64,000 bases of DNA from positions 281,774 to 345,773 of the forward strand of contig CAVQAC010000018.1 of assembly GCA_963710365.1 (NCBI GenBank), given 5' to 3'. The notes under the pieces were generated by a model. It saw nothing but the letters and a program-made list of their open reading frames with translations, was not told the DNA's origin and ran no database searches. Within the stretch, counting starts at the first letter, position 1. Every line of letters begins with the position of its first letter. The position numbers and the translations under genes were made by a program. Shown one piece after another: positions 10,642 to 21,028 of the stretch. This DNA comes from an uncultured Planctomycetales bacterium (GTDB lineage Bacteria; Planctomycetota; Planctomycetia; Pirellulales; PNKZ01).

Positions 10642-13027
10642 TTATTTGGGAGGCATCCAAGTCGGCAGGGAGGCGATTGATTGTCGAGCCGCCTCCGAGA
10701 CGGGAATGCCCCAATATTTGAAGAACGGGCCAAGGTTCTTGCCGACGGCCCGCGAGAATCGAACCATCCATTGATCCCGTTTCTCGCCGTCGGTCTTCGG
10801 AAGCTGATCCTGCGGCAGGTTGCGGTATTCCGCAAAGACTTTCTTGTACGCGTCCCAGCCAAACGCTTCCTGCAACTGCTGGTACATGATCAGCGCCAGG
10901 AACGGGTCGGCCTTCCACTGATTGAAGTCCGCCGCCCTTGGCGATATATGCTCGTTCCTTCTCGCGCTTTTCGCTGAGCTGGATTTGCTGGTGTTTGAAG
11001 GCTCTCGGGGTGAGCGTTTCCAGCACGTACATCGAAAACAAGTTGCAGGTCACTTCCACGGTCCCGTCAAATGTCCAGGCAGACTGCTGATGGTTGTGGC
11101 CGAGTTCGTGATAGAAGCCCCAACCGCCCTTGGTCTGCAGCAATTCCAGATTGACGACTTCCGGAGCAGATGGCTTGATCCAAGCCATGATCGGATAGCC
11201 GGAGTGCATGAAGCCGGCACTGATTTGCACGTCGAAGACAATCCGCTGCGGCGTCTTTCGTTCGCGCGGGATCGTGGCCAGGTCAGCACAGGCATCAACC
11301 ACCTGCGTCCAGTGCTCCATCAGCCGGTCCGGAAAGCCAAGCCCGCGGATCAGCTCACTCGGCACGGTGATGATAAAGTTGCGAGTTTCCAGTTCGGCCC
11401 AAGGCGCTGGGAAGTTCTGGATACTGTTCCAAGCGCTGCGACTCGTCACTCCGTGAACGTAGTAAGGCGCATCGACGATGTTCGTGAACTCAAAGTCGCC
11501 TTGGCCCGAAGACGCCTTTTCAGGCACGTCGACATATACCAGTCCCCCCAGCGCATGACCAATTTCGACGCTGGGTTGATTCAACGGAAAACGACGGATC
11601 ATTTCCGGCGGGCGCTTCCAGGGCGCATCTACTTTCAGCAGGCTGTCGCGGTGGCAACCGATCTGCAGCGAAAAGCCTCGCTTTGCCGTCTCGGGATCGG
11701 TGCTGACCTTGATTCGATCGCCAGGTAATGCGTAGACGCCGGTGCTCTTCCAACCGGCCTGGCTGAAATCGATGCTCACCTTGCGGCTCTTACGTTTGAC
11801 CTTCGAAGTCAATGTTCCGGGAAAAGTTGCCGCCGTCGGGGACGGCTTCAGATCGGAAACCGGCAGATGGTTGAAAATCTCGGTTTGCACCGCCACGAGC
11901 AAGCGATTATTGGCCTGCGACGGCGCTATCGGCGTCTGTTCGGAAGGTGTCGGAATCTGACGCGACTGCTTTTCCACATAGTTCTCAAGCCTTGCAAAGA
12001 TGCCCGCATCCTGCTCGCGTGGGATCGCGTCGTAACAGCCCGCCAGCGTATAGGGAATTCGCTCTAGTTCGGCGGCGGTCAACGTGCGTTTCTTCGCGGC
12101 GACATTGTCGAGCACATCGAGACACCACGCAACGTGAGATAATTCAGCGGGTTGCAAATCGACTTTGACGGTCGCTCCGCTCGCGCTGGGAGTCGTGCCG
12201 TCGGCCCAAACAATGCCGGCGCGAGAAAACAACTGGTTTCCCGGATGATCGATCTTCGGGTCGGCGTCGGCATGCGATTGCTTCCAGCCCCAAATCAGAT
12301 TCGCCGCAACAACTCCGCCGCCTTGGCGAATGAATGAGTCCAACGCTTGAACCTCGTCCGCATTGCATTGCTGTAAATCAGCCACGACGACGTCCTCGCT
12401 CCCGATCTGAGAAACCCAGTTTCGATCCGGCAACTCCGTCACCGCGGCACCCGATGCATTAAGGAGTTGCCGCAGGGGGGCATAACCGCGCACCGCAATT
12501 CTTGGTCGCGCTCCGGTAGTCGTCTTCTGGCCTGCCGCCCAGTGGATGACGTTCGACAGCAGGCGCCCCGTCATCGGATGCCTGACCACCAGGTCGCCAA
12601 AGTATCCGTTGTGCGGCAGGGCCACCACGCGTCCTTGGCCTAGCTCGGCGGCGGCGACCATCACCACATTCCGAGTGTCTTTCGAATCGATGACGACCGG
12701 AAATGCGCGCGGGCCATATACGCACAGCGGACCGGGAACGCCTTGAGTCAATATCTCCATCACACCGTCGAGCATGACCTGGAGATGCTTGGCAGCGAAC
12801 TCCAGACCGTTCGCCGGCCCGTCGTTCGAGCCGCCCTTCAGCTTGTTGCCCTTCGGAGTCGGCTTGGTCCGAACCTTGGGCGTCGGCTTTTTTTCGCTGG
12901 CCTGGGCAACGAAGAGGGGAGTTGGACCGTCGGCGGATAAGGGCCCAGCACTTGCAACCAAGAATCCGGATGTGATCAGCAACAAAGTTACAAGGCGTCT
13001 CCACCTGGCTTGAATTGTCGTTGGCAT
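10642..13027 (-). CDS. Secreted M60-family (TCAF/enhancin-like) metallopeptidase; indel near 10930
   Basis: Signal peptide, STGVYALPG, APWAELE, DVQISAGFMHSGYP and WGFYHELGHNHQ...EVTCN. C-terminus in 10642..10887 (NLGPFFKYWG). Confidence 0.88.
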
Positions 13028-13087
13028 CGGAATCTTTATTCTTTCAGTCGAGAGGGATCTGTGGAGGGCGTGATGAATGCACTTTGA

Positions 13088-13882
13088 TCATTTTTCTTGC
13101 GACGATTCCTGTTTCTCGTTCGGAAACAATTCGGCCCGGCGCTTGAGCCAGCTCGGGTCGGCCTCGGCGGCCCAGGCCCGCAGGTTGTCGACTTCGATCG
13201 TGCGACCTTGCGTCGTGAAGCCCCAGTCGGTCTTCGTCGCGTGTGCGATGCCCGGCGATTGAAGATGGGCAACCGGCTTGCCGTCGAGACTAGCCACCAT
13301 CTCATCGCCGACGATCTCGACGGTCATTCGATACCAGCGTTCGGCGTCGACGGAAACAGGAACCCTTTCGATCCGGCCCTTGACCAGCGGCTCAACCTCG
13401 GATTTGGTCGCGGGATTCTGCCAACGCTCATAGATGCCAAGTTTCATGGTGCCTTCACAGTCGTCGCCAAGCGTCATCTGCCGCGGCGAGACTCCGGCCC
13501 GGCAGATATGACCGGCGTGCGAGGCTTGGTGATCACGGTCGTTGAAAACCAGCGTCAGTTGCTTGCCCCCGACGAACTTGAACTTGAAATCGACGACTGC
13601 ATCCTTGAACGGCACGTGAATGCGGCACACGGCCGGGTGCCTGGCCTCGGGTCGCTGGCCCGTGATGAACACCCCGTCGGAGATGGAATACGATTTAAGG
13701 CTCACCGTCCAAGCTTCGCCCACCTCGGAACGCGAGAAATCGTCGCTCACCAGCAGCTTGCCGCGCACGGCCATGACCGTTGCCGGTTCGTCAGCTTCGG
13801 CCCAAGCAAATTGCGTCGCCAGGGCGACGACAATGGCCCCCACGAACGAATGTAGTAGTGGTAGGAAAATTCGATAGCTCAT
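13088..13882 (-). CDS. Secreted hypothetical protein, probable beta-sandwich (DUF1080/LamG-like) fold
   Basis: Signal peptide; GKLLVSDDFS, FKFKF and WYRMTVEIVGD beta-rich pattern. Confidence 0.6.
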   Translation of the reverse strand: MSYRIFLPLLHSFVGAIVVALATQFAWAEADEPATVMAVRGKLLVSDDFSRSEVGEAWTVSLKSYSISDGVFITGQRPEARHPAVCRIHVPFKDAVVDFKFKFVGGKQLTLVFNDRDHQASHAGHICRAGVSPRQMTLGDDCEGTMKLGIYERWQNPATKSEVEPLVKGRIERVPVSVDAERWYRMTVEIVGDEMVASLDGKPVAHLQSPGIAHATKTDWGFTTQGRTIEVDNLRAWAAEADPSWLKRRAELFPNEKQESSQEK

Positions 13883-13953
13883 GTTTCCGCCGCCCAGGAA
13901 ATCTTGAGTCTAATCCGCCGCCCGACGGTCGTGTAGTCTGGCTGCCAGCGATT

Positions 13954-15030
13954 TCAGGGTCGAACACCGATCCGCACATGATTCGCGTCGCGGGCCGCTT
14001 CGCACGCCTGGGCTACGTCGTCGAGTGGGTACCACTCGGCCACCAGTTCTGCGAAGGGAAACCGCCGGTGCTGCTCGGCGAGAAATTGAACTGCGGAAAG
14101 GAGATGGCGTGGAGCGTAGTTGTGAACTCCACGGATCGACAAATGACGGCGAACGATCTGCTCCAATTGCATCGGCACCGGAGCCGATGGGAAGACCGAG
14201 CCCACCAGGACCACCGTCCCGCCCAGGCAGACCAGCGGCCAGGCGGCCTCGAACGCGTGGGGAGATCCCGAAAGCTCCAGGACCACATCGACGCCCTGCT
14301 CCTCGGTGGTTGCGGCGATCTTCGTGGCAAGGTCTTCGGGAGCAATCGCCTGCGTTGCTCCAAAGGTGAGCGAGCGGGCGACTCGCCCAGGATGCACGTC
14401 GACACAAATCACTTCGCGGGCACCCTGGGTGCGGGCCATCGCCGAGGCCGTCAAGCCAAGCAACCCGGCGCCTAGAATGCACACGCTGCGATCCCGCACG
14501 TCGCCGGCGGCTTCGAGAGCCGCCACGATGGTTGCCGTCGCGCAACTGGCCGGGCATGCGGTCGACAAAGGCAGTTCGTCGGGCAGTTTCACGATGGCCG
14601 TTCCCGGCACCAGCAGGCAGTATTCCGCCAGGCCGCCGAGCAGCTCGCGCCCTGGTCGGAATGCTTCGTGCCCGTACTTCACCGCCCGCTGACATTTTTG
14701 CGGCAATCCACGCCGGCAATAGAAACAGTCGCCACAACTGGCGACGATCCCCCAAACAATCCGGTCGCCCGCCCGGAGCGAGTTGCCGGCCAGGTCGCTT
14801 CGCGGAGCGGAGTCGCCCAGCGTTTCAATTTCTCCGACGATCTCATGGCCGAGCACCGTTGGCACGGGCACGACGCGACGCCCTTCATAGCTGTGTAGAT
14901 CGCTGCCGCACAACGTGCAGCCATGGACTCGCACCACAATCTCTTCGCCTCGGGGCTGCGGAACAGGATACTCGCGCAGTTCCAGCCGGCGTGGAATGCC
15001 TTCGAAGACGGCTGCCAACGCGTTGCTCAT
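13954..15030 (-). CDS. Zinc-binding alcohol dehydrogenase (phosphonate-catabolism associated, TIGR03366-like)
   Basis: CGSDLH, GHEIVG, structural Zn motif CGDCFYC...C and GAGLLG. Start MSNALAA at 15030 overlaps the upstream stop (ATGA). Confidence 0.88.
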   Translation of the reverse strand: MSNALAAVFEGIPRRLELREYPVPQPRGEEIVVRVHGCTLCGSDLHSYEGRRVVPVPTVLGHEIVGEIETLGDSAPRSDLAGNSLRAGDRIVWGIVASCGDCFYCRRGLPQKCQRAVKYGHEAFRPGRELLGGLAEYCLLVPGTAIVKLPDELPLSTACPASCATATIVAALEAAGDVRDRSVCILGAGLLGLTASAMARTQGAREVICVDVHPGRVARSLTFGATQAIAPEDLATKIAATTEEQGVDVVLELSGSPHAFEAAWPLVCLGGTVVLVGSVFPSAPVPMQLEQIVRRHLSIRGVHNYAPRHLLSAVQFLAEQHRRFPFAELVAEWYPLDDVAQACEAARDANHVRIGVRP

Positions 15031-16342
15031 GCCGCGTCTCCTGCGACAACCAATTGCGCTGGCGGAGCACAACGGAATCCGAAGTAACGCCAGCTTCCGA
15101 CCAGGCAGAATGCCGAGACGATCGCGGCGCCCCAGCAGGCGGCCGTGAAAAAGTCGACCAGGTCGTCCGTGGGCGCCATGGCGTTTCGCAATAACATCAC
15201 GGCCACATAGCCCAAATAACCGACGGCATCGGCCACATACATCAAGAAGCCGATATTGCCGCGGTCGCGGGTCATCGCCAGCAATCGCTCGAACACGGTC
15301 GTGTGAATGGCCACGTACGGCAAATACAGTCCTAAGCCCAGCCAGCACCATGAAGCCGAAGCCGTCGACCAGGCCGCTCTGTCGGCCCAAGAGCGCCGTC
15401 TGCGAGCAGGCAGAAACCTGCCGCTGCATGTGCCCAAGGAAATGAAAAATGCCCGGCGATTATCACGCACTAGCACCGTGCAGCCATTGACGAGCAGCAC
15501 GCCCAGCGCCACGCAGATTTCGGACTGGCTGAAGGTGGCCGGCTGGGCCGGAGCACCAAGCCGTGCCAGAGCTCCGTGGCAAAATCGGCGCAGAATACTG
15601 CGCAGGATCGTCACGACCAGGTACATCGTCACCAGCAGCGACAAGCCGACCCCATAGCGGTGAAACAGCGACCAGCGCTGGTTGCGGCTCAGTACGGCGC
15701 CGCGCAGCTCGGGCTGCAACATCTTCGGTCGTCGGGGGTGGAATTCTCGACAGCATGGCCACGCCCACGACCAGCGGCCCGAGAAAGATCAGCCCCGCGA
15801 CGCTCGGCATCCAATCTTCGGCGATCGCCGCGTTCGAGCAGCCAGGCCCCCACGGATTTCGTGACGCCGTCGGCCAGAATGAAAGCTGGCGCACAGTCCG
15901 GCCGTCAGGGCTTCCGTCAGCTGCGCCCTTCCAGGAATCCCAGCACCAGACCGAAGACCATACCCAGGGGGAGCCCGTTGGCGAACAGGCAGACGGCGTT
16001 CCAAGGTCGCGGCACAATTCCGAACAGCACCAGCGCCGACTCCGCAAAGAAAACAAGCACGAGGATGCCAATCGCGCGACGCTCGGGCGGCATCTCGGCA
16101 ATGACTTTGATTCCGATAAACTTCGAAAGCATGTAACCCATCACTTGCGACGTGACGAGCATGGTCTTGAAGGTTGCGCCCCAGACCAGGGGTCCATCAA
16201 AACTGGCGGCCGTAAATGGCTTGCGAAAGGCGTACATGCAGAAGTACGTGCCAAACGCCGCAATGACCGACCAACTGGCCCAATAGAGTTCGCTCTTGGG
16301 CGTAGCTGGTATTTCGAGACGTTTGTCGCAAGGCTGGCTCAT
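15027..16342 (-). CDS. DUF5690-like (MFS-type) multi-TM membrane protein, putative phosphonate transporter; several indels
   Basis: AAFGTYFCMYAFRKPF, NGLPLGMVFG, YLPYVAIHTTVFERL and GNIGFLMYVADAVGYLG, spread over three frames. Confidence 0.8.
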
Positions 16343-16396
16343 GGAGTCATGGTCTGTCTGGCCTGGAGCTGCAATCGGCGATGATCCGGAGGATTC

Positions 16397-16550
16397 TTTT
16401 CCGTAGCCCAGCCATTTATGGCTGAGGCTTCATCGGTCGTCGCACCACTTTCCAGTCCTACATCGAGCCGACCTAGGGCGGCTCGATGTAGGACTGAACA
16501 CCTATTGTGGCGTCCAAATTCCCAGCCATAAATGGCTGGGCTACGGAAAA
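16397..16550. repeat. REPIN-like element: perfect 28-bp inverted pair of GTAG-type REPs enclosing an 18-bp-stem hairpin
   Basis: TTTTCCGTAGCCCAGCCATTTATGGCTG (16397-16424) is the exact reverse complement of 16523-16550. CAGTCCTACATCGAGCCG (16453-16470) pairs with 16479-16496. Confidence 0.85.
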
Positions 16551-16673
16551 CTCGCACCAATAATTCTTGCTACACGCTCCGTCATCGAAAGATGCTGCAA
16601 TTGGACAGGAAGACACTATACTAATCCAGTCGATTCGATGATCCGGTTAGGTTTCGATGAGGTCGCGACGACG

Positions 16674-17255
16674 ATGGACCATGCTCCTCAGCATTCGCAT
16701 CATGCGACGACGATCGAGATATTGCAGCTTTTCCGCGAACACGGCGGCTCGCAGTACGGCGGCGAGGCGGTCAGCCAATTGGAGCATGCCCTGCAGGCGG
16801 CATTCTTTGCCGAACGTGAAAAGGCCGAGCCGGCGCTGATCGCCGCGGCGCTGCTGCACGACGTGGGCCACCTGCTGCATTCGTTGCCCGCTGACGCGCC
16901 CGAGCGGGGAGTCGACGATCGCCACGAAGCCTTGGCCGCGCAATGGATGGCCAGGCGTTTTGGCCCCGCGGTGATCGAGCCCGTCGGCATGCACGTCGAA
17001 GCCAAGCGATATTTGTCAGCCACTGATCCCGGCTATCGCAGCCTGCTCAGTCCGCCTTCGATATTGAGCCTGGAATTGCAAGGCGGACCCATGACCGCCG
17101 TCGAAGCACGCCGCTTCGAGACGCATCGATCGTTCACTGTGGCCGTGCGGCTACGGCGTTGGGACGACGCGGCCAAGGTCGTCGGCATGGCCACGCCGCC
17201 GATCGAACATTTCGCGCAATACGTCGATGCCGCGTGCTGCGAGGTTGCTTCATGA
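16674..17255 (+). CDS. phnZ: HD-domain phosphonate oxygenase, PhnZ-like
   Basis: [39 protein letters not shown] and RRWDDAAK; GAGGT RBS; phosphonate context. Confidence 0.8.
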   Translation: MDHAPQHSHHATTIEILQLFREHGGSQYGGEAVSQLEHALQAAFFAEREKAEPALIAAALLHDVGHLLHSLPADAPERGVDDRHEALAAQWMARRFGPAVIEPVGMHVEAKRYLSATDPGYRSLLSPPSILSLELQGGPMTAVEARRFETHRSFTVAVRLRRWDDAAKVVGMATPPIEHFAQYVDAACCEVAS

Positions 17256-18430
17256 CCGGCCAGGACGTGGCGGTCGTGGGCGCCGGCATCGTCGGTCTGG
17301 CCCATGCCTGGTCGGCCGCCGAGCGGGGCCACCGTGTGACGGTCTTCGAGCGATCCGACCTGGCCTGCGGCGCTTCGATTCGCAATTTCGGCATGATCTG
17401 GCCCATCGGCCAGCCAGCCGGCCCGCTGCACGAATTGGCGTTGCAAAGCCGCGAGCGCTGGTTGAAGTTGGCGGCGGCGGCCGGAATCTGGGTCAACCCG
17501 TGCGGTTCGATCCACCTGGCTCATCGAAGCGACGAATGGGCCGTTTTGCAAGAGTTTCACGCTCAATCGGCCAGCTTGGGCTTTGACTGCTCGCTATTGA
17601 CGGCGGCCGAAGTTCTGGCCCGATCGCCCGCCGTCGCGGCCAACGGTTTGCTCGGCGGCTTGTTCAGTCCGACCGAACTGGGCGTCAATCCTCGAACCAC
17701 GATTCGGAACCTGCCCCATTGGCTGGCGCAACAGTTCGGCGTGCGATTCGAATTTGGCACCATGATCACGCGCGTCGAATCCGGTGAATTGCACAGTTCC
17801 GACGGCCGGCATTGGACCTGCGACAGAACGATCGTCTGCGGCGGCACCGACTTTGCCACGCTCTTCCCAGACGTGTTTGCCACGTCGGGATTGAAACTCT
17901 GCAAGCTGCAAATGCTGCAAACCGCCCGGCAGGCTGCCGGCTGGCGAATCGGGCCGCACCTGGCCAGCGGCTTGACGCTGCGGCACTACCACAATTTCGA
18001 CGTCTGCCCCAGCCTGCCGGCGCTCAAGCAGCGGATTGCGGCCGAAACGCCGGAACTCGATCGTTTCGGCATTCATGTCATGGCGTCGCAGAACGATGCC
18101 GGCGAGGTGATCCTGGGCGATTCGCACGAATACGATCGCCACATCGAACCGTTCGACAAGTCGCAGATCGACGAGTTGATGCTCCGCGAGCTTCGCAAAA
18201 TCATTCGCTTGCCCGACTGGTCGATCGCCGAGCGCTGGCACGGCATCTATGCCAAGAGCACCGCAGGAGCGATCTTCGAGGCCGAACCGCTTCCCAACGT
18301 GCATATTCGCACCGGCACAGGCGGGGGCGGAATGACCATGTCGCTGGGCCTGGCAGAGCAAACCTGGCGGCGCTGGTCGCAAAACGAGCCTCACTGCCAA
18401 AACGAATTGCCCCGAGCGTCAGCCCGATGA
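17252..18430 (+). CDS. FAD-dependent oxidoreductase, TIGR03364 (HpnW-like) family
   Basis: [34 protein letters not shown] and GGGGMT; ATGA overlap with the phnZ-like gene. Confidence 0.85.
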   Translation: MTGQDVAVVGAGIVGLAHAWSAAERGHRVTVFERSDLACGASIRNFGMIWPIGQPAGPLHELALQSRERWLKLAAAAGIWVNPCGSIHLAHRSDEWAVLQEFHAQSASLGFDCSLLTAAEVLARSPAVAANGLLGGLFSPTELGVNPRTTIRNLPHWLAQQFGVRFEFGTMITRVESGELHSSDGRHWTCDRTIVCGGTDFATLFPDVFATSGLKLCKLQMLQTARQAAGWRIGPHLASGLTLRHYHNFDVCPSLPALKQRIAAETPELDRFGIHVMASQNDAGEVILGDSHEYDRHIEPFDKSQIDELMLRELRKIIRLPDWSIAERWHGIYAKSTAGAIFEAEPLPNVHIRTGTGGGGMTMSLGLAEQTWRRWSQNEPHCQNELPRASAR

Positions 18431-18476
18431 GCCGTGATTCAGCCAAGAGTCCGCCAGGAATTTGAGGATTGCCCGC

Positions 18477-19294
18477 ATGCCCGTTGAACCAACCCCGCTA
18501 CGAGCCGTGATTCTCGATTGGGCCGGCACGACCGTCGACTACGGCAGCCGCGCGCCAGTCGAAGTGTTCATCGAGATCTTTCGCCAGCGCGGCATCGCCA
18601 TCACCGACGCCGAAGCGCGGGGACCGATGGGTCGGTCGAAACACGAACACATCGCCGAGGTTCTGGAATTACCTCGCATCGCCGCGTTGTGGCGCCGGCA
18701 GCATGGTCGCGCTCCAGGCCGTCAGGACGTGCAGGCCATGTACGAAGATTTCCTGCCGCTGCAGAAACGGACACTCGAACGCGGCGCGGACGTTATCCCG
18801 GGTGTCCCCGAGGCGATTGCCGAGTGTCGGCGCCAGGGCTTGAAGATCGGTTCGACCACCGGCTATACGCGTGAGCTCATGGAAGTTGTGCTCCCCAGGG
18901 CGGCTCGCGGCGGATACGTACCCGACGTCACGATCTGCTCCGACGACGTCAGCGCCGGTCGGCCGGCGCCGTGGATGAACTTCCTGGCCGCCGAACGCCT
19001 GGGCGTCTATCCGATGAGTGCCGTGGCGACCGTCGACGACACGCCGATCGGGATCGAAGCCGGATTGAACGCCGGGACTTTAACGATCGCCGTCTCGCAA
19101 ACCGGCAACGCGCTGGGGCTTTCGGCCGCGGAAGTCGCCGCCCTGAGTGAGTCCGACTTGAACTCCCGCCTCGACGCGATCGAAGAAGGCTTTCGCCGGG
19201 CCGGCATCATTTCGTAATCCGGTCGGTCGCCCAGTTGCCGGCGCTGTTGGCCGAGATTAAGAATAACGCATGCCACGAGAGCACCGTGAGCTGA
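18477..19294 (+). CDS. phnX: Phosphonoacetaldehyde hydrolase (phosphonatase); indel near 19205
   Basis: [20 protein letters not shown] (Schiff-base Lys position), IGSTTGY and GRPAPW. C-terminus [11 protein letters not shown]... lies in the shifted frame. Confidence 0.9.
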
Positions 19295-19331
19295 CGTCGG
19301 CACATCGCAAACTTGTGAGAGAGCACTACCC

Positions 19332-20778
19332 ATGAACCGCCGAAGCTGGAACTCGTTGTTTGGTGGATTAATCGTGTCGATTCTAGGGCTGTTGCATGCC
19401 ACGGCTGCGCAAGCAGATGAACCGCCAACAGCGGACGAAGTGCGCTCGACGATGCGCAAGGCCGCCACGTACTACACCACCAAGGTCGCGTCGCATGGCG
19501 GGTACGTTTACTACTACTCGTCCGATTTGCAAGAGCGCTGGGGCGAAGGCAAGGCCGGTCCCGATCAGATCTGGGTTCAGCCTCCCGGCACGCCCACCGT
19601 CGGCCTGGCTCTTCTCAAGGCCTACGCCGCGACCGGCGATCGCTTCTATCTCGATGCCGCGGTTCGGGCGGCTGAAGCGATCGTCTACGGCCAGCTCAAA
19701 TCGGGCGGATGGACGAACAGCGTCGATTTCAACCCGCGCGGTGACAAATCCGCACGCTATCGAAACGGCAAGGGAGATGGGCCGAACAATTCCACGCTCG
19801 ACGACGGCATTTCTGAAGCAGCCATGCGGCTGTTGATGCACGTCGATCGCGATTTGGAATTCAAGAATCGTCCCATCCATGAATCCATCGAGATCGCGCT
19901 CTACGGCGCTGCTCGCCGCGCAATTTCCCAATGGCGCGTTTCCGCAGGTCTGGACGCAGCCTGTTTCGCAACCGCCGGTCGTCAAGCCGAGTTTTCCCAG
20001 CTACGACTGGCGAACCGAGGGGCGAGTCAAGAACTACTGGGACATGTACACCTTGAACGACAACATCGCCGGCAACGTCTCGCAAACGCTGCTCGAAGCC
20101 TTCCAGGTGTATCACGATGCGAAGTATAAGGATGCCCTGAAGCGACTGGGCGACTTTCTGATTCTGGCCCAAATGCCCAACCCGCAACCCGCCTGGGCCC
20201 AGCAATACAGTTACGAGATGCAGCCCATCTGGGCGCGGAAGTTTGAACCACCGGCAATCACCAGTAGCGAGTCGCAAGACGTGATGGAAACCCTGATGAA
20301 GATCTATCGCTTCACGGGCGACTCGCGGTATCTGCAACCAATCCCCAGCGCGCTGAAGTATTTGCGAGGCTCCTTGCTGCCCGACGGACGACTGGCCCGC
20401 TATTACGAATTGCAGACGAACAAGCCGCTGTACATGACCGTAAGCGGAAAAGCGTATTCGCTCACGCACGACGACAGCGATTTGCCAGGGCACTACGGTT
20501 GGAAAATCGTGTCGCGGCTGGATGCGATCGAACGCGAGTTCAATGGCCTATCGAGTGGCGGAACCTCCGAGGCCGAGAAAGTTTCGCCTGCGGATCTCAC
20601 AGCCAAGGTCCGTCAGATCGTCACGTCGCTCGATCCCCAGGGACGCTGGCTTAGCACCTACGGTGGCGAAATGATCACCGGCCAGCCCAAGTTCCGGCCC
20701 GGCATGGTGTATATCAGCAGCGCGGTGTTCAGCGAAAACCTCGAACGATTGAGCAGCTTCTTGGCGCCAACTCGCTAA
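19332..20778 (+). CDS. Secreted pectate lyase-like protein (PL10/PelA-like alpha/alpha barrel); indel near 19900
   Basis: [38 protein letters not shown] and ARYYE. Confidence 0.8.
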
Positions 20779-20786
20779 CCGAACCC

Positions 20787-20825
20787 GCATCTCAATGGCG
20801 TGGGCATCTCAATGGCGTGGGCATC
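20787..20825. repeat. 17-bp tandem duplication
   Basis: GCATCTCAATGGCGTGG twice plus a partial third copy. Confidence 0.7.
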
Positions 20826-21028
20826 GACTCGGCCAGCGGCACGAGCCCCCCGATTGGCATCGACTGCGAATTCTACGATTTATATGTCCTCAATCGGCCC
20901 GCGGGCCGTTCTTACTATTGCAGGCCAGACCCAGCGGCGGAACCCTCGTCGTTTTGCGGGGTTTAGAATAACCGCAAGGCATTTAGGGGCGCCGCTGCCC
21001 AATTTGGAATCCGGGGAGGCGTTGAGCC

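Noticed and set aside
16397-16550. Possible CRISPR repeats, tRNA or rho-independent terminator
   Set aside because: Only two copies, in inverted orientation; no cloverleaf; the location between divergent genes fits a REP doublet better.
16551-16673. Pho box upstream of the phosphonate genes
   Set aside because: Only one GTCAT half-site and a TATACT -10-like hexamer; no convincing 11-bp-spaced direct repeat.
20787-20825. 17-bp tandem duplication as a regulatory or mobile signature
   Set aside because: Only about 2.3 copies and no other occurrence seen; probably slippage or an assembly artefact.
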